The position numbers were made by a program, and so were the translations under genes. From contig JAYWEM010000001.1 of NCBI GenBank assembly GCA_043779265.1, forward strand, positions 11,554 through 75,553: DNA of 64,000 nucleotides, read 5' to 3'. A model generated the notes under the pieces. It searched no databases. It was not told where the DNA came from and worked only from the letters and a program-made list of their open reading frames with translations. The stretch's first letter is position 1, and the number at the start of each line of letters is the position of its first letter. This DNA comes from a bacterium. Lineage in GTDB: Bacteria; Eisenbacteria; RBG-16-71-46. Of this stretch, positions 18,217 through 27,903 are shown one piece after another.

Positions 18217-20241
18217 TCAGCCGCCCATCAGTAGCACCGCACTGAGCGGCCCGGCCTCGTAGTGCGTGAGTCCCTCGAGCGGGCTGGCATCCTCGGGATC
18301 CGTCCAATCGAGGGGCGAGGCGAGTGAGGTGTCGGCGAGCCGCTTCCAACCCTCGCCCGCGTCGGGCGAGGGCAGTTCGAAGCGGCCGGCCTCGCCCGCT
18401 CCATTGAGGATCAGCAGCAGGTCGCGTTCGCCTTCGAGCCCGACCAACTGCATGACGAGCTGCCTCGAGTGATCCGACCAGTCGGCGTGCATCGCGCGCT
18501 CGCCGTGCCACATGACCGAGCCCGGGCCGGCGTGCGAGTGATCGAACCAGTCGCGTCGCCTCAGGCTGGGCGTGGCGCGGCGCAGCCGCATCAGCCCCCG
18601 CACGAAGCGATGGAACGCGTCACGCTCGCGGCTCGGGCTCCAGTCGAACCAGAAGCCGGGGGAGTCCTGGCAGTAGGGATTGTTGTTGCCCTGCTGGGTG
18701 CGAAGCCGGTCGTCGCCGTAGAGCCAGAGGACCGAGCCCTGCGAGCACAATTGCGTGATGGCGAGATTGCGCGCCCGCCTCAGTCGCACCTGCCGGATGT
18801 GCGCGTCCGCGGTCGGGCCCTCGTGCCCGGAGTTCCAACTCATGTGGTCGTCCGTGCCGTCGCGGTTGTCCTCGCCATTGGCCATGTTGTGCTTGCGCTC
18901 GTAGCTGACCAGGTCGGCGAGCGTGTAGCCATCGTGCGAGGTGAGGAAGTTGGTGCTGTGCCCCGGGCGTCTCGCTCCGGCGTACAGGTCACTCGATCCG
19001 GTGAGTCGCGTGCCGAGAGGTCCCACATGCCCGATGCCCGTCCAGAAGCGCCGCACGTCGTCGCGGAATCGACCGTTCAACTCGGCCCAGCGACCGTGGT
19101 GCGGGAAGCGCCCGACCTGATAGGCGCCGATGTCCCAGGCTTCCGCGATCAGCTTGCAGTGCGCCAGCCGCGGATCCTCCGAGATGCGGCGGATCAGTGG
19201 CGGATCGCTCAGCTCGCGGCCCTCGGTGTCCCGCGTCAGCGTCGTCGCGAGATCGAACCGGAAGCCATCCACTCGCAGCACGTTCGCCCAGTGGACGAGC
19301 GCTTCGACGATCTGGTCCTGCATCACGTCGCTCTGGCAGGCCACGGTGTGGCCGCAGCCCGTCGTGTCACGGTCGCGGCCCTCGCCATCGACCAGGTAGT
19401 AGCCCGGTCGATCGAAGCCCTTCCAGCTCAGCGCCGGCTGCGCCCGGCTGCCCTCGCCCGTGTGATTGAACACCACATCGAGCAGCACCTCGATCGAGGC
19501 GGTGTGGCAGGCGCGCACCAGCGTGCGGAACTCATCGAGGGCGCCCTGCGCGGTTCCCGCCGCGCTGTAGCCGGTCTTGAGTGCGAAGAACGACAGCGGA
19601 TCGTAGCCCCACACATTGAGCAGTCGCTCGCCCGTCAGGGGATTCGTTCGGCTGATGGCGGTCTCATCGAACTCGGCGACCGGCATCAACTGGATCGCCG
19701 TCACGCCGAGATCGATCAATCGCGGCAGCACCTCGATCAGTCCGAGGTAGGTGCCGGGGTGCGCGACGCCGCTCGAGGGGTGCCGCGTGAACGATCGCAC
19801 GTGCGTCTCGTGGATGATCGTGTCGGCGAGCGGCGTGTCCGGATGTCGATCGCCCTGCCAGTCGAACGCCAGCTCCGCGATCTGCGAGCGGAGCGAACGG
19901 CCCGAGGGCTCCCGCTGCCCCCACGACTCGCCACCCGCGACGAGAAGGCCGCAGGGATCGAGCAGCAGGGCGCTCGGGTCGAATCCCTCGCGAGGGCCCG
20001 CAGGACCCGCGAGTCGCCAGCCGTACTGTTGGCCGACCGTCGCTCCGGGCACGTGCACCTGCCACAGTCCGGACACGCTGCGGTGCGAGTCCTCGAGCGC
20101 GATCTCGCGGTCGGGGTTGCCGGAGCGATCGAACAGCTGCAGTCGCACCGAGGTGGCATTCGGCGCATGCACGCGGAAGTGCACGCCATCTGGAGTCCGC
20201 TCGCTTCCCGGTCGAGTCACGTGCGTGAGCCTAGCGGCCAC
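18217..20241 (-). CDS. glgX: glycogen debranching enzyme (isoamylase-type GH13)
   Basis: N-terminal CBM48-like region, 'GVTAIQLMPV', 'DGFRFDLA', 'EAWD', 'FLTSHDG'; canonical GlgX catalytic motifs. Confidence 0.9.
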   Translation of the reverse strand: MAARLTHVTRPGSERTPDGVHFRVHAPNATSVRLQLFDRSGNPDREIALEDSHRSVSGLWQVHVPGATVGQQYGWRLAGPAGPREGFDPSALLLDPCGLLVAGGESWGQREPSGRSLRSQIAELAFDWQGDRHPDTPLADTIIHETHVRSFTRHPSSGVAHPGTYLGLIEVLPRLIDLGVTAIQLMPVAEFDETAISRTNPLTGERLLNVWGYDPLSFFALKTGYSAAGTAQGALDEFRTLVRACHTASIEVLLDVVFNHTGEGSRAQPALSWKGFDRPGYYLVDGEGRDRDTTGCGHTVACQSDVMQDQIVEALVHWANVLRVDGFRFDLATTLTRDTEGRELSDPPLIRRISEDPRLAHCKLIAEAWDIGAYQVGRFPHHGRWAELNGRFRDDVRRFWTGIGHVGPLGTRLTGSSDLYAGARRPGHSTNFLTSHDGYTLADLVSYERKHNMANGEDNRDGTDDHMSWNSGHEGPTADAHIRQVRLRRARNLAITQLCSQGSVLWLYGDDRLRTQQGNNNPYCQDSPGFWFDWSPSRERDAFHRFVRGLMRLRRATPSLRRRDWFDHSHAGPGSVMWHGERAMHADWSDHSRQLVMQLVGLEGERDLLLILNGAGEAGRFELPSPDAGEGWKRLADTSLASPLDWTDPEDASPLEGLTHYEAGPLSAVLLMGG

Positions 20242-20274
20242 GTGCGGGAGGTGCCAACGGGCAAGTCCGGTGCT

Positions 20275-22785
20275 TCAGCGGAGTCGCGCGATGCGCGTCG
20301 AGCGCACGCCCGTCTCCGTCACGAGCCTCGCCAGATAGAGGCCCGGCGCGAGCAGGCGGCCATCCGCGCCACGCCCATCCCAGCGCACGAGATGCTCGCC
20401 CGGGGCATGAACGCCGCGGGCGAGTGAGGCGACTTCGCGACCGGCCAGATCATGCACGCTCAGCGAAGCCGCGCCCGCTCGCGCCAGCGAGAAGCGCAGC
20501 GTCGTCTCGCCCGATGCTGGATTCGGCCACGGCGCCGAGAGTCGGAGCGAGCGATCCGACAAGGCGGACGGCGCATCCACCAGCGCGGCGGGGCCCAGCA
20601 CCAGCAGGCCCATCGCGGGCAGCGCGACCTCGATCGACTGATTGAAGCCGTCCCACGAGATCGGTTCGGTCGAGAGCAGTCCTGGGTTCACGGGGCCGGC
20701 TCCCATGTAGGCCGGGGCCTGGCTGTTCACCAACTCGCTCCATCCGCCCGCGATCGGCATGCCGACTCGCACCGTGAGCGGGCTGTTGGCGAACGAGGCG
20801 ATCACCATGACCGACTGGCCGCTGCCATCGAAGCGGCGGAAGGCGATCCAGTTGGCGCCCTCATCGACCCGCGACACGTAGATGCTGCTGGAGGCGCGCA
20901 GCGGCGCGATCGATCGCCGAAGCTGCATCAGCTGCTGGTGATAGGCGAAGATGCCCGCGTAGGTCGTCTTCTTGCCCCAGTCGATGCGGTTGCCGGGATC
21001 CGTGCCGAAGTCAGCGCTCTCGAGCCACTCGTCACCCTGCAGCAGCGCCGGGACGCCGGGAGCGGTGAGCAGGAGTCCGGTCGCGAGCTTCATGCGGCCC
21101 TTGGCGTACTGGTCGTCGTGCGGGGCCGTGGTGTCGATGGTCTTCACCAGCCGCTGTCCGCCACTCGTCGGCCAGGCCTCGTCGTGGAGCTGGAAGTAGT
21201 TGAGCGCCTTGCGCCCGCTGATCGCCGCGCCGCTGCCCAACAGCGCCGAGCGGATCGAGTTCATGTTCGGGTCGCCAAGGCCCGCCGCGAGGATCGCTCC
21301 CCGCACCGCGTCACGGAACTGCATGTGGTACTGCGCATCGAACCCGGCACCGCCGCCCGACGTGGGCGAGGAGGTGGCGGCATTGTTCGGCAACTGCTCC
21401 GCGACGACGAACGCCTCGCCGCGGCGGCGGTCGATCTCATCATTCATCCGCTGCATCAGCGACCAGCCGGCGGCCGACTGCGCGCCGATCGTCATGTACG
21501 ACGTGGCGTCCATGCGGAAGCCGTCCAGCCGGTACTCCTCCAACCACAGCAGCGCACTGTCCGCGAAGTAGTCGCGCACCGCGGCGCGATCGAAGTCCGC
21601 CTGGGCACCCCACGGCGTGTCGATGTGCGGCGTGTCGAAGTACTGTTGCGAGCCGTCGTAGTTCCACAGCCAGTTGCTGTCGACCGTGAAGTGGTTCCAC
21701 ACGATGTCGAGCGTGACCGCGATGCCGTTCGCGTGGAAGCGGTCCACCATGTACTTGAGGTCATCCGGCGTCCCGTACTTCCACTCGGCGGCCCACTGGG
21801 TGATCGGGTTGTAGCCCGCCGAGAGGTCGCCGGGGAACTCGGTGATGGGACACAGCTGCACGCAGTTGATGCCGAGCGCCGCCAACTGGGGGGCGCGATC
21901 GCCCGCCGCCCGGTAGCCGCTCGGATGCGCGACGCCGCCCTGGGGATCGTTGAGGCCCGAGAACGTGCCCAAGTGGAGCTGATAGACGATGAGCGATTCG
22001 GCATCCGGGGTCACGAATGAATCGCTCGTCCACACATAGCGCAGCGGATCCTCGATGTGCGTGTTGCGATCGCTCTGCGCGTTCAGCGAGCGGCCGCGTG
22101 CGTCCATGTTCCACGTCAGGTTGTTGAAGAAGTACTTGTACTCCGAACGATCCGCGACGCCCGCGGCACGCACCACGAAGTGCTCGCCCTGTTTGATCAT
22201 CGGGGTGCCGAGTCCCCACGCGTTGAAAGCGCCTCGGACATGGGCTGTCGTGCTGGTGGGCGCCCAGACCTTGAAGACCGCGCCGCTTCCGCTCACCCGC
22301 GTCGCTCCGACCGGAGCGTGCGACAGCGTCGCGAAGTCGACGACGAAGTCGCTCCCGACCGGCACGCCGTCGGTGACGCCTGCGAACGAGAGGTAGTCGA
22401 GGTCGCCGCCGTCCTGGAGCTCGACGTGATACGTCACGAGTGCGGTCGGCAGCGTCGCCGGCACGTTCGCCGACCAGATGTCGTAGAACCCGCGCGTGCC
22501 CACCTTGGCCGCCTCGATCACCACCGGCGCCCCGGCCACGGTGGCGCGGACCCGGGCCGAGCTCAGGTCATTGCGGTAGGCCTGGAATCGGACCGCGAAG
22601 GATTCGCCATCGACCGGGCAGAGCGGGCGGCGATCGAGACGCTCGATATGCGAGAGCCCATTCCACTCGATGTTCCCGTCATTGCCGGCCGCGTGCGCCG
22701 CCTGCATTCCAGCCGGCAGAAGGGCCAGCCCCGCGATCAGCAGGGGCAGGGCGAGCGAAGCGTCTCGAGCGCGCGGTCGGGGCAT
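20275..22785 (-). CDS. secreted GH13 alpha-amylase-family enzyme with C-terminal sorting-type domain
   Basis: Signal peptide 'MPRPRARDASLALPLLIAGLALLPAGMQAAHA'. GH13 motifs 'VWNHFT', 'GFRMDAT', 'FQLHDE'. C-terminal tail 'LSVHDLAGREVASL...GLYLARLVTETGVRSTRIARLR'. Confidence 0.8.
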   Translation of the reverse strand: MPRPRARDASLALPLLIAGLALLPAGMQAAHAAGNDGNIEWNGLSHIERLDRRPLCPVDGESFAVRFQAYRNDLSSARVRATVAGAPVVIEAAKVGTRGFYDIWSANVPATLPTALVTYHVELQDGGDLDYLSFAGVTDGVPVGSDFVVDFATLSHAPVGATRVSGSGAVFKVWAPTSTTAHVRGAFNAWGLGTPMIKQGEHFVVRAAGVADRSEYKYFFNNLTWNMDARGRSLNAQSDRNTHIEDPLRYVWTSDSFVTPDAESLIVYQLHLGTFSGLNDPQGGVAHPSGYRAAGDRAPQLAALGINCVQLCPITEFPGDLSAGYNPITQWAAEWKYGTPDDLKYMVDRFHANGIAVTLDIVWNHFTVDSNWLWNYDGSQQYFDTPHIDTPWGAQADFDRAAVRDYFADSALLWLEEYRLDGFRMDATSYMTIGAQSAAGWSLMQRMNDEIDRRRGEAFVVAEQLPNNAATSSPTSGGGAGFDAQYHMQFRDAVRGAILAAGLGDPNMNSIRSALLGSGAAISGRKALNYFQLHDEAWPTSGGQRLVKTIDTTAPHDDQYAKGRMKLATGLLLTAPGVPALLQGDEWLESADFGTDPGNRIDWGKKTTYAGIFAYHQQLMQLRRSIAPLRASSSIYVSRVDEGANWIAFRRFDGSGQSVMVIASFANSPLTVRVGMPIAGGWSELVNSQAPAYMGAGPVNPGLLSTEPISWDGFNQSIEVALPAMGLLVLGPAALVDAPSALSDRSLRLSAPWPNPASGETTLRFSLARAGAASLSVHDLAGREVASLARGVHAPGEHLVRWDGRGADGRLLAPGLYLARLVTETGVRSTRIARLR

Positions 22786-22851
22786 GGGCAGGTCCTCAGC
22801 GAAGGTGGATGCAGCCGCGTTGGGGGGGTGAGTCTGACAGAACGACGGAAC

Positions 22852-22873
22852 CCCGGTCCAGAAGGACCGGGGC
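22852..22873 (-). terminator. hairpin downstream of msrB
   Basis: CCCCGGTCC-agaa-GGACCGGGG is a perfect 9-bp stem directly 3' of the msrB stop on the minus strand. Coordinates approximate. Confidence 0.4.
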
Positions 22874-22908
22874 CCGTGTGTGTCCGTTCCACCACTAGAG
22901 GGCCGCAC

Positions 22909-23460
22909 TCACATGGACGGAACGAACGACAGCGAAGCGGAGTTGATGCAATAGCGCAGACCGGTGGGATCTGGTCCGTCATCGAAAACGTGGCCCAGGT
23001 GGCCCTCGCAGCGAGCGCATTCGACTTCGATGGCCATCCCACCGAAGTGGGCATCGGGTTTCTCGATCACGTGCGCGGCGGCGATGGGTTTCCAGAAGCT
23101 CGGCCAGCCGGTCCGTGAGTCGAACTTGGTCTTCGAGCTGAACAGTCGGAGTCCACACCCGGCGCAACGGAACATGCCGGAGCGGTACTCCTTCCAATAG
23201 GCACCCGTGAAAGCGTGTTCGGTGCCCTCCTCGCGGAGGACGCGGAACTGCTCGTCGTCCAGCCGCGCCCTCCATTGCTCCGGCGTGAGCTGCAATTGCC
23301 CCACGGCGGAGTCACGCTTCGCGGACACCGAGGCGCGCTCACCCTTACCGGCGGTCGCCTTCGATGCCGCGTGGACGCTGAAACCCAACGCCAGCGCGAT
23401 CAGCGCGGCGGCGGTCAGCAGTCCCATCGAGAATCGGATCTTCAAGGTCGTCTCCTTCAT
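22909..23460 (-). CDS. msrB: peptide-methionine (R)-S-oxide reductase, secreted/periplasmic
   Basis: 'CAGCGLRLF...GWPSF...CARCEGHLGHVFDDGP...RYCINS' is the SelR/MsrB zinc-binding CxxC pair plus the catalytic region. N-terminal signal peptide present. Confidence 0.85.
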   Translation of the reverse strand: MKETTLKIRFSMGLLTAAALIALALGFSVHAASKATAGKGERASVSAKRDSAVGQLQLTPEQWRARLDDEQFRVLREEGTEHAFTGAYWKEYRSGMFRCAGCGLRLFSSKTKFDSRTGWPSFWKPIAAAHVIEKPDAHFGGMAIEVECARCEGHLGHVFDDGPDPTGLRYCINSASLSFVPSM

Positions 23461-23616
23461 TCGCGGGGCGGGGTGCTTCTCGCCCTCGTTCACTCTACGA
23501 AGAAGTGTGACGATTGAGATGCGCCAGTCGCTTCAGGATTGTCCCGGCCGGGTGAAATCCGCCCGAAGTTCAGGCAGCGTGAACCGGGAGCGGGCGACTC
23601 GCTGCCATCCGGTGAC

Positions 23617-24258
23617 TCAGGCGGCGGAGGCCAGGTCGTTGCGACGCACGTAGAGATCCATCTCATCGCGCGTGAATTCCTCCCACAGGCGGCCACTGTC
23701 GTGCAGCTGCACGAACGCATTGACCACATCGGGGAAGAACTGGGTGCCGGCGTGGCGCTTGAGTTCGTCGCATGCGGCACGAGGCGAGAGTCCCCGGCGG
23801 TAGGGGCGGTCCTCGGTCATGGCGTCATAAGCGGCACACGCCATCACGATGCGCGCTCCGACCGGGATGCGATCGGCCGACAGCTTCGAAGGATACCCGG
23901 CGCCATCCGGTCGCTCGTGATGAGCGAGCACGATCTCGGCGGCGACCTCGAGACCCGGGATGTCCTTGAGCATCTCCCAGCCGATCGTCGGGTGGGTCTG
24001 CACCATCGCGCGCTCGGCCGGATCCAAGGCCCTCGGGCGAAGCAGAACGTCGTTGAGGATCGCGTTGCGACCGAGGTCGTGGAGCATGGCACCCAGCTCG
24101 ATGTCGAGCAGCTCATCGCCGGGGACGCCCAACTCGCGCGCCACTCGAACGGAGTACCGCGCCATGCGCAGCGAGCGACCGCGGGTGGTGGACTCGCTGG
24201 CGTCGATGACCGACGTCAGGGCGCGGACGGTGAGCGAGAGGGGTGTGCGCGGGTCCAT
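23617..24258 (-). CDS. HD-GYP domain protein (predicted c-di-GMP phosphodiesterase)
   Basis: 'AMLHDLGR' and 'HHERPDGAGYP'. Start placed at the ATG of 'MDPRTP...'. Confidence 0.75.
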   Translation of the reverse strand: MDPRTPLSLTVRALTSVIDASESTTRGRSLRMARYSVRVARELGVPGDELLDIELGAMLHDLGRNAILNDVLLRPRALDPAERAMVQTHPTIGWEMLKDIPGLEVAAEIVLAHHERPDGAGYPSKLSADRIPVGARIVMACAAYDAMTEDRPYRRGLSPRAACDELKRHAGTQFFPDVVNAFVQLHDSGRLWEEFTRDEMDLYVRRNDLASAA

Positions 24259-24373
24259 GGGTCCTCCGGGCGAGGCGGGCCGAGAAACGGACCGCGTCTC
24301 AGTGGGTTCCCACGCGGTATCGGCCACGTCGGCACCGGACTTCAGCCCCCTCGAAGGAGGGGCGCACCGGCGC

Positions 24374-25663
24374 ATGGAATCACTCAAGCCATTCCGCTCA
24401 AGTGCCGATTTCACCGGCATCATGGCCCAGCCCCAGCCCCCAGATCCCCTGCGTCCGGATCGCCTCTCGCCTCAGGCCGAGGAGGCGGCGGATCACACCA
24501 TCCTCGCGGCGCGTCCCATCTCCGAATGGGTCGACGTGCAGGGGAAGGTGGTGCGCTCGGATGCCCGCATCGCCGAGCTGATGCTGGGACTGGTGAGCGA
24601 GACCTCCGCGGCCCGCACGGACGAGCGTCGGCTGCTCGAGGTCATCGCCGACTTCGCCTTCCGTGCCTTTCCCAATGCGACGCATCATCTGCTGATCGCG
24701 CTCGAGGACGATGCCGTGCTGCGTCCCCTGCTCGCGCGTACGCGAGGTGGTGGGCCGGCGCCGGCCACGATCAGCCGGACGCTCGTCCAGCGCGTGCTGG
24801 CCGATCGCCAGGCGATGCTGGTGGCGCATGGGCAGGGAGCCTTCGATCCGACGCAGAGCATGGTGCTGTCCCAGATGGAGACCGCCATCGCGGCGCCGCT
24901 GCTTGGCAGCCGGCTGCCGCTGGGTGTCATCCAGATGGACATCCGCCGTCCGGGTAAAGGCCGTTTCGGTCGCGAGGACCTGGACCTCCTGTCGGTCTTC
25001 GCCAGCCAGGCCGCGCTGGCGCTGGAACATCTTCGGATGCATCAGCAGCAGCGGCGCGCGTTCCAGAGCACGATCGGTGCGCTGGTGCACTCCCTCACGC
25101 TCAAGGACCCGGATGCGGCGCTCCACAGCGAGCGCGTCCAGGCCGTCGCCGTCGCGATCGGACAGCACCTCGGACTGACCGGGGACTCACTGCAGATCCT
25201 CTCGGTGGCCGCGCTGTTGCACGATCTCGGCAAGCAGGGTGTCCGCGATGAGGTGCTGTTCAAGGCGGGCCGGCTCACCGAGAACGAGCGCGCCGAGATG
25301 GATCATCACGCCGCTTACACGCAGACCATCCTCGACAAGATCGAGTACCCCGAGGAGCTTCGCGATGTGCCGCGGATCGCCGCCTACCATCACGAGAAGC
25401 TCGACGGCACCGGTCCCTTCGGGGTGGCGGGCGAGGACATCCCGATGGCGGCGCGCATCATCTCCGTCGCCGATGTGTTCGACGCGCTGATCTCGCCTCG
25501 CGTCTACAAGCAGCCGCTCGCTCCGGCCGCGGTGCTCGACGTGCTCGAGCGCGGACGCGACGTGGACTGGGACGGCAGCATCATCGATGCCCTGCGCAGC
25601 GTCGTGCTGAACGTGCTCGAGGAGACGTACGGCATGGACGAGGACGGGCAGCTGGCCGCCTGA
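24374..25663 (+). CDS. GAF–HD-GYP domain protein
   Basis: N-terminal GAF-like region, then 'LLHDLGK' and 'YHHEKLDGTGPFG' (HD-GYP). Divergent from the neighbouring HD-GYP gene across a ~115-bp spacer. Confidence 0.75.
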   Translation: MESLKPFRSSADFTGIMAQPQPPDPLRPDRLSPQAEEAADHTILAARPISEWVDVQGKVVRSDARIAELMLGLVSETSAARTDERRLLEVIADFAFRAFPNATHHLLIALEDDAVLRPLLARTRGGGPAPATISRTLVQRVLADRQAMLVAHGQGAFDPTQSMVLSQMETAIAAPLLGSRLPLGVIQMDIRRPGKGRFGREDLDLLSVFASQAALALEHLRMHQQQRRAFQSTIGALVHSLTLKDPDAALHSERVQAVAVAIGQHLGLTGDSLQILSVAALLHDLGKQGVRDEVLFKAGRLTENERAEMDHHAAYTQTILDKIEYPEELRDVPRIAAYHHEKLDGTGPFGVAGEDIPMAARIISVADVFDALISPRVYKQPLAPAAVLDVLERGRDVDWDGSIIDALRSVVLNVLEETYGMDEDGQLAA

Positions 25664-25716
25664 GGCTGTGGGGGCAGTGCTGAATCGGGGCTTCCGAAGA
25701 TGGAAGCGCGCGGCGC

Positions 25717-26790
25717 TCAGGCGGCCTGTTCGGTCCCGTTGATGTGACGCTCGAACCGGGTCCGATCGACGGAGTGCTCGTAGGCTTCCTCGCCGGTGAT
25801 CAACTCACGGCGGACCATGTCCTCGAGCTGCGCGTCGAGCGACTGCATGCCGACGCGGCCACCCGCCTGGATCGCGGACGGCAGCTTGTGCGTGTTGCCC
25901 TGGCGGATCATGGCGCTGACCGCGGTCGTGTTGACCAGCACCTCGGCCGCCACCATCCGGCCCGTCTGGTCGGTCTTGCGCACGAGCTGCTGCGCCACGA
26001 CGAGTCGCAGCGAATCGGACAGCATGGTGCGGATCTGATCCTGCCGACGGGGCGGGAACACGTTGATGATGCGGTCCACCGATCGCACGGCGCCGTTGGT
26101 GTGCAGCGTGCCGAGCACGAAAATGCCGGTCTCGGCGGCGGTGAGCGCCAGGCTCATCGTCTCGAGATCGCGCATCTCACCCACGAGGATGACATCGGGG
26201 TCTTCGCGAACGGAGGCGCGCAGCGCCTCGGCGAAACTCGGGGCGTCGCGACCGATCTCGCGCTGCGTGATCACCGACTGCTGGAACTCGTGCACGTACT
26301 CGATCGGGTCCTCGATCGTGAGGATGTGGCCACGACGCGTGCGGTTGAGATGGTCGATCATGCCGGCGAGTGTGGTCGACTTGCCGGATCCGGTCGGGCC
26401 GGTCACCAGCACGAGGCCCTTGCCGACGGCCAGGACCTGCTGCACGACCGCGGGCAACCCGAGCGTCTCGAGCGGCGGGACCTGGCTCGAGATCCGGCGC
26501 ATCGCCGCAGCGATGCCGCCGGTATGCAGGTAGACATTGACGCGGAAGCGTCCGGCGGTCTCGCACTCGTAGGCGAAGTCGACCGCGCATCGCTCGTCCA
26601 ACTGTCGGCGATGATCGTCGGTCATGAACTCGTTGAGGAAATCGCGGACGTCCTGCTCGGAGAGCTCGCGGAACCGCACGGGCTGGAGATTGCCGTGGAT
26701 GCGGATGCGCGGCGCCTGTCCCGAGACCAAGTGGAGGTCGGAGCCGCCTTGATTCACCGCGAGCTCGAGGAATGCGTCGATCCGGTTCAT
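25717..26790 (-). CDS. pilT: type IV pilus retraction ATPase PilT
   Basis: 'GLVLVTGPTGSGKSTT' (Walker A), 'ILVGEMRD', 'GTLHTN'; PilT/PilU family, 357 aa. Confidence 0.9.
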   Translation of the reverse strand: MNRIDAFLELAVNQGGSDLHLVSGQAPRIRIHGNLQPVRFRELSEQDVRDFLNEFMTDDHRRQLDERCAVDFAYECETAGRFRVNVYLHTGGIAAAMRRISSQVPPLETLGLPAVVQQVLAVGKGLVLVTGPTGSGKSTTLAGMIDHLNRTRRGHILTIEDPIEYVHEFQQSVITQREIGRDAPSFAEALRASVREDPDVILVGEMRDLETMSLALTAAETGIFVLGTLHTNGAVRSVDRIINVFPPRRQDQIRTMLSDSLRLVVAQQLVRKTDQTGRMVAAEVLVNTTAVSAMIRQGNTHKLPSAIQAGGRVGMQSLDAQLEDMVRRELITGEEAYEHSVDRTRFERHINGTEQAA

Positions 26791-27890
26791 GCCGCGGACC
26801 TCGAATCGCCGGTCATCATCGCGAGGAGTTCGGGTCGCGTGACATAGGCGGCGAAGCCCCACTTCTCCTCGGCCTTGAGGAACGCCTCATCCGGATCGAT
26901 CTCGCCGGCCCGCACGAGTGCGAGCAGCGACTGGTCCATGAGCTGCATGCCGAGGCGCTTGCCCATCGTGATCGAGCCCGGGATCTGGAACGTCTTGCCG
27001 TCGCGGATCAACTGCTGCACCGCCGGCGTCACGACCAGGATCTCGACCGCGGCGCGGCGGCCACGACCGTCGGCGGCCCGGATGAGCTCCTGACTGACGA
27101 CCGCCTTCAAGTTGTCCGCGAGCGAATGGCGAACCTGCGCCTGATTGTCGCTTGGATGCGCATCGACGATGCGATCGATGGTCTGGGCCGCGCCCCGGGT
27201 GTGGAGTGTGCCGAGTACCAAGTGGCCCGTCTCAGCGGCTTCGAGCGCCAGTGTCACGGTGTCGGCGTCGCGAAGCTCGCCGACCAGGATGACGTCGGGG
27301 TCCTGACGAAGTGCGGAGCGCAGACCTTCGCGGAAGCTCGGGACATGCGTGCCGAGCTCGCGCTGGACGACTTGCGCCTTGGCGCCCTTGTGCACGAACT
27401 CGACCGGGTCCTCGAGCGTCACGATGGTGAGCATGGAGGTGCGGTTGATCTCGCCGATCATCGCCGCGAGCGTCGTCGACTTGCCCGTTCCGGTGGAGCC
27501 GGTGACGAGCACGAGTCCCGATCGCAGCCGCGTGAATTGCTGGATCACTTTGGGCAAACTGAGATCCGCCAGGTCGGGAGTCCGATCGGGGACCGCGCGG
27601 CAGATCGCGCTCAGCCCGCGGCTATGGCGAACGACGTTGACGCGGAATCGACCGACTCCGGGAGCGGTGTACGCCAGGTCCACCGAGCCGCGCTCCTTCA
27701 GCTGGAGTTCGAGGTTCTCGTCGAGGAGCTCGCGCACGAAGCCCTCGGTCTCCTCCATCGAGAGTGCGCGGTACTTGACCGGCGTCAGCTCGCCATCGAG
27801 ACGCACGAGCGGCGGCAGTCCGACCACGAAATGGATATCGGAACCGCCTTGCTGCTTGCCGATCTCGAGGAACGCGTCGATGCGGGCCAT
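26787..27890 (-). CDS. pilU: PilT/PilU-family ATPase paralog
   Basis: 'GLVLVTGSTGTGKSTT', 'ILVGELRD', 'GTLHTRG'. Its stop overlaps the pilT start (ATGA). The gene name is assigned by position only. Confidence 0.8.
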   Translation of the reverse strand: MARIDAFLEIGKQQGGSDIHFVVGLPPLVRLDGELTPVKYRALSMEETEGFVRELLDENLELQLKERGSVDLAYTAPGVGRFRVNVVRHSRGLSAICRAVPDRTPDLADLSLPKVIQQFTRLRSGLVLVTGSTGTGKSTTLAAMIGEINRTSMLTIVTLEDPVEFVHKGAKAQVVQRELGTHVPSFREGLRSALRQDPDVILVGELRDADTVTLALEAAETGHLVLGTLHTRGAAQTIDRIVDAHPSDNQAQVRHSLADNLKAVVSQELIRAADGRGRRAAVEILVVTPAVQQLIRDGKTFQIPGSITMGKRLGMQLMDQSLLALVRAGEIDPDEAFLKAEEKWGFAAYVTRPELLAMMTGDSRSAA

Positions 27891-27903
27891 GGGTTCTCGT
27901 CCC

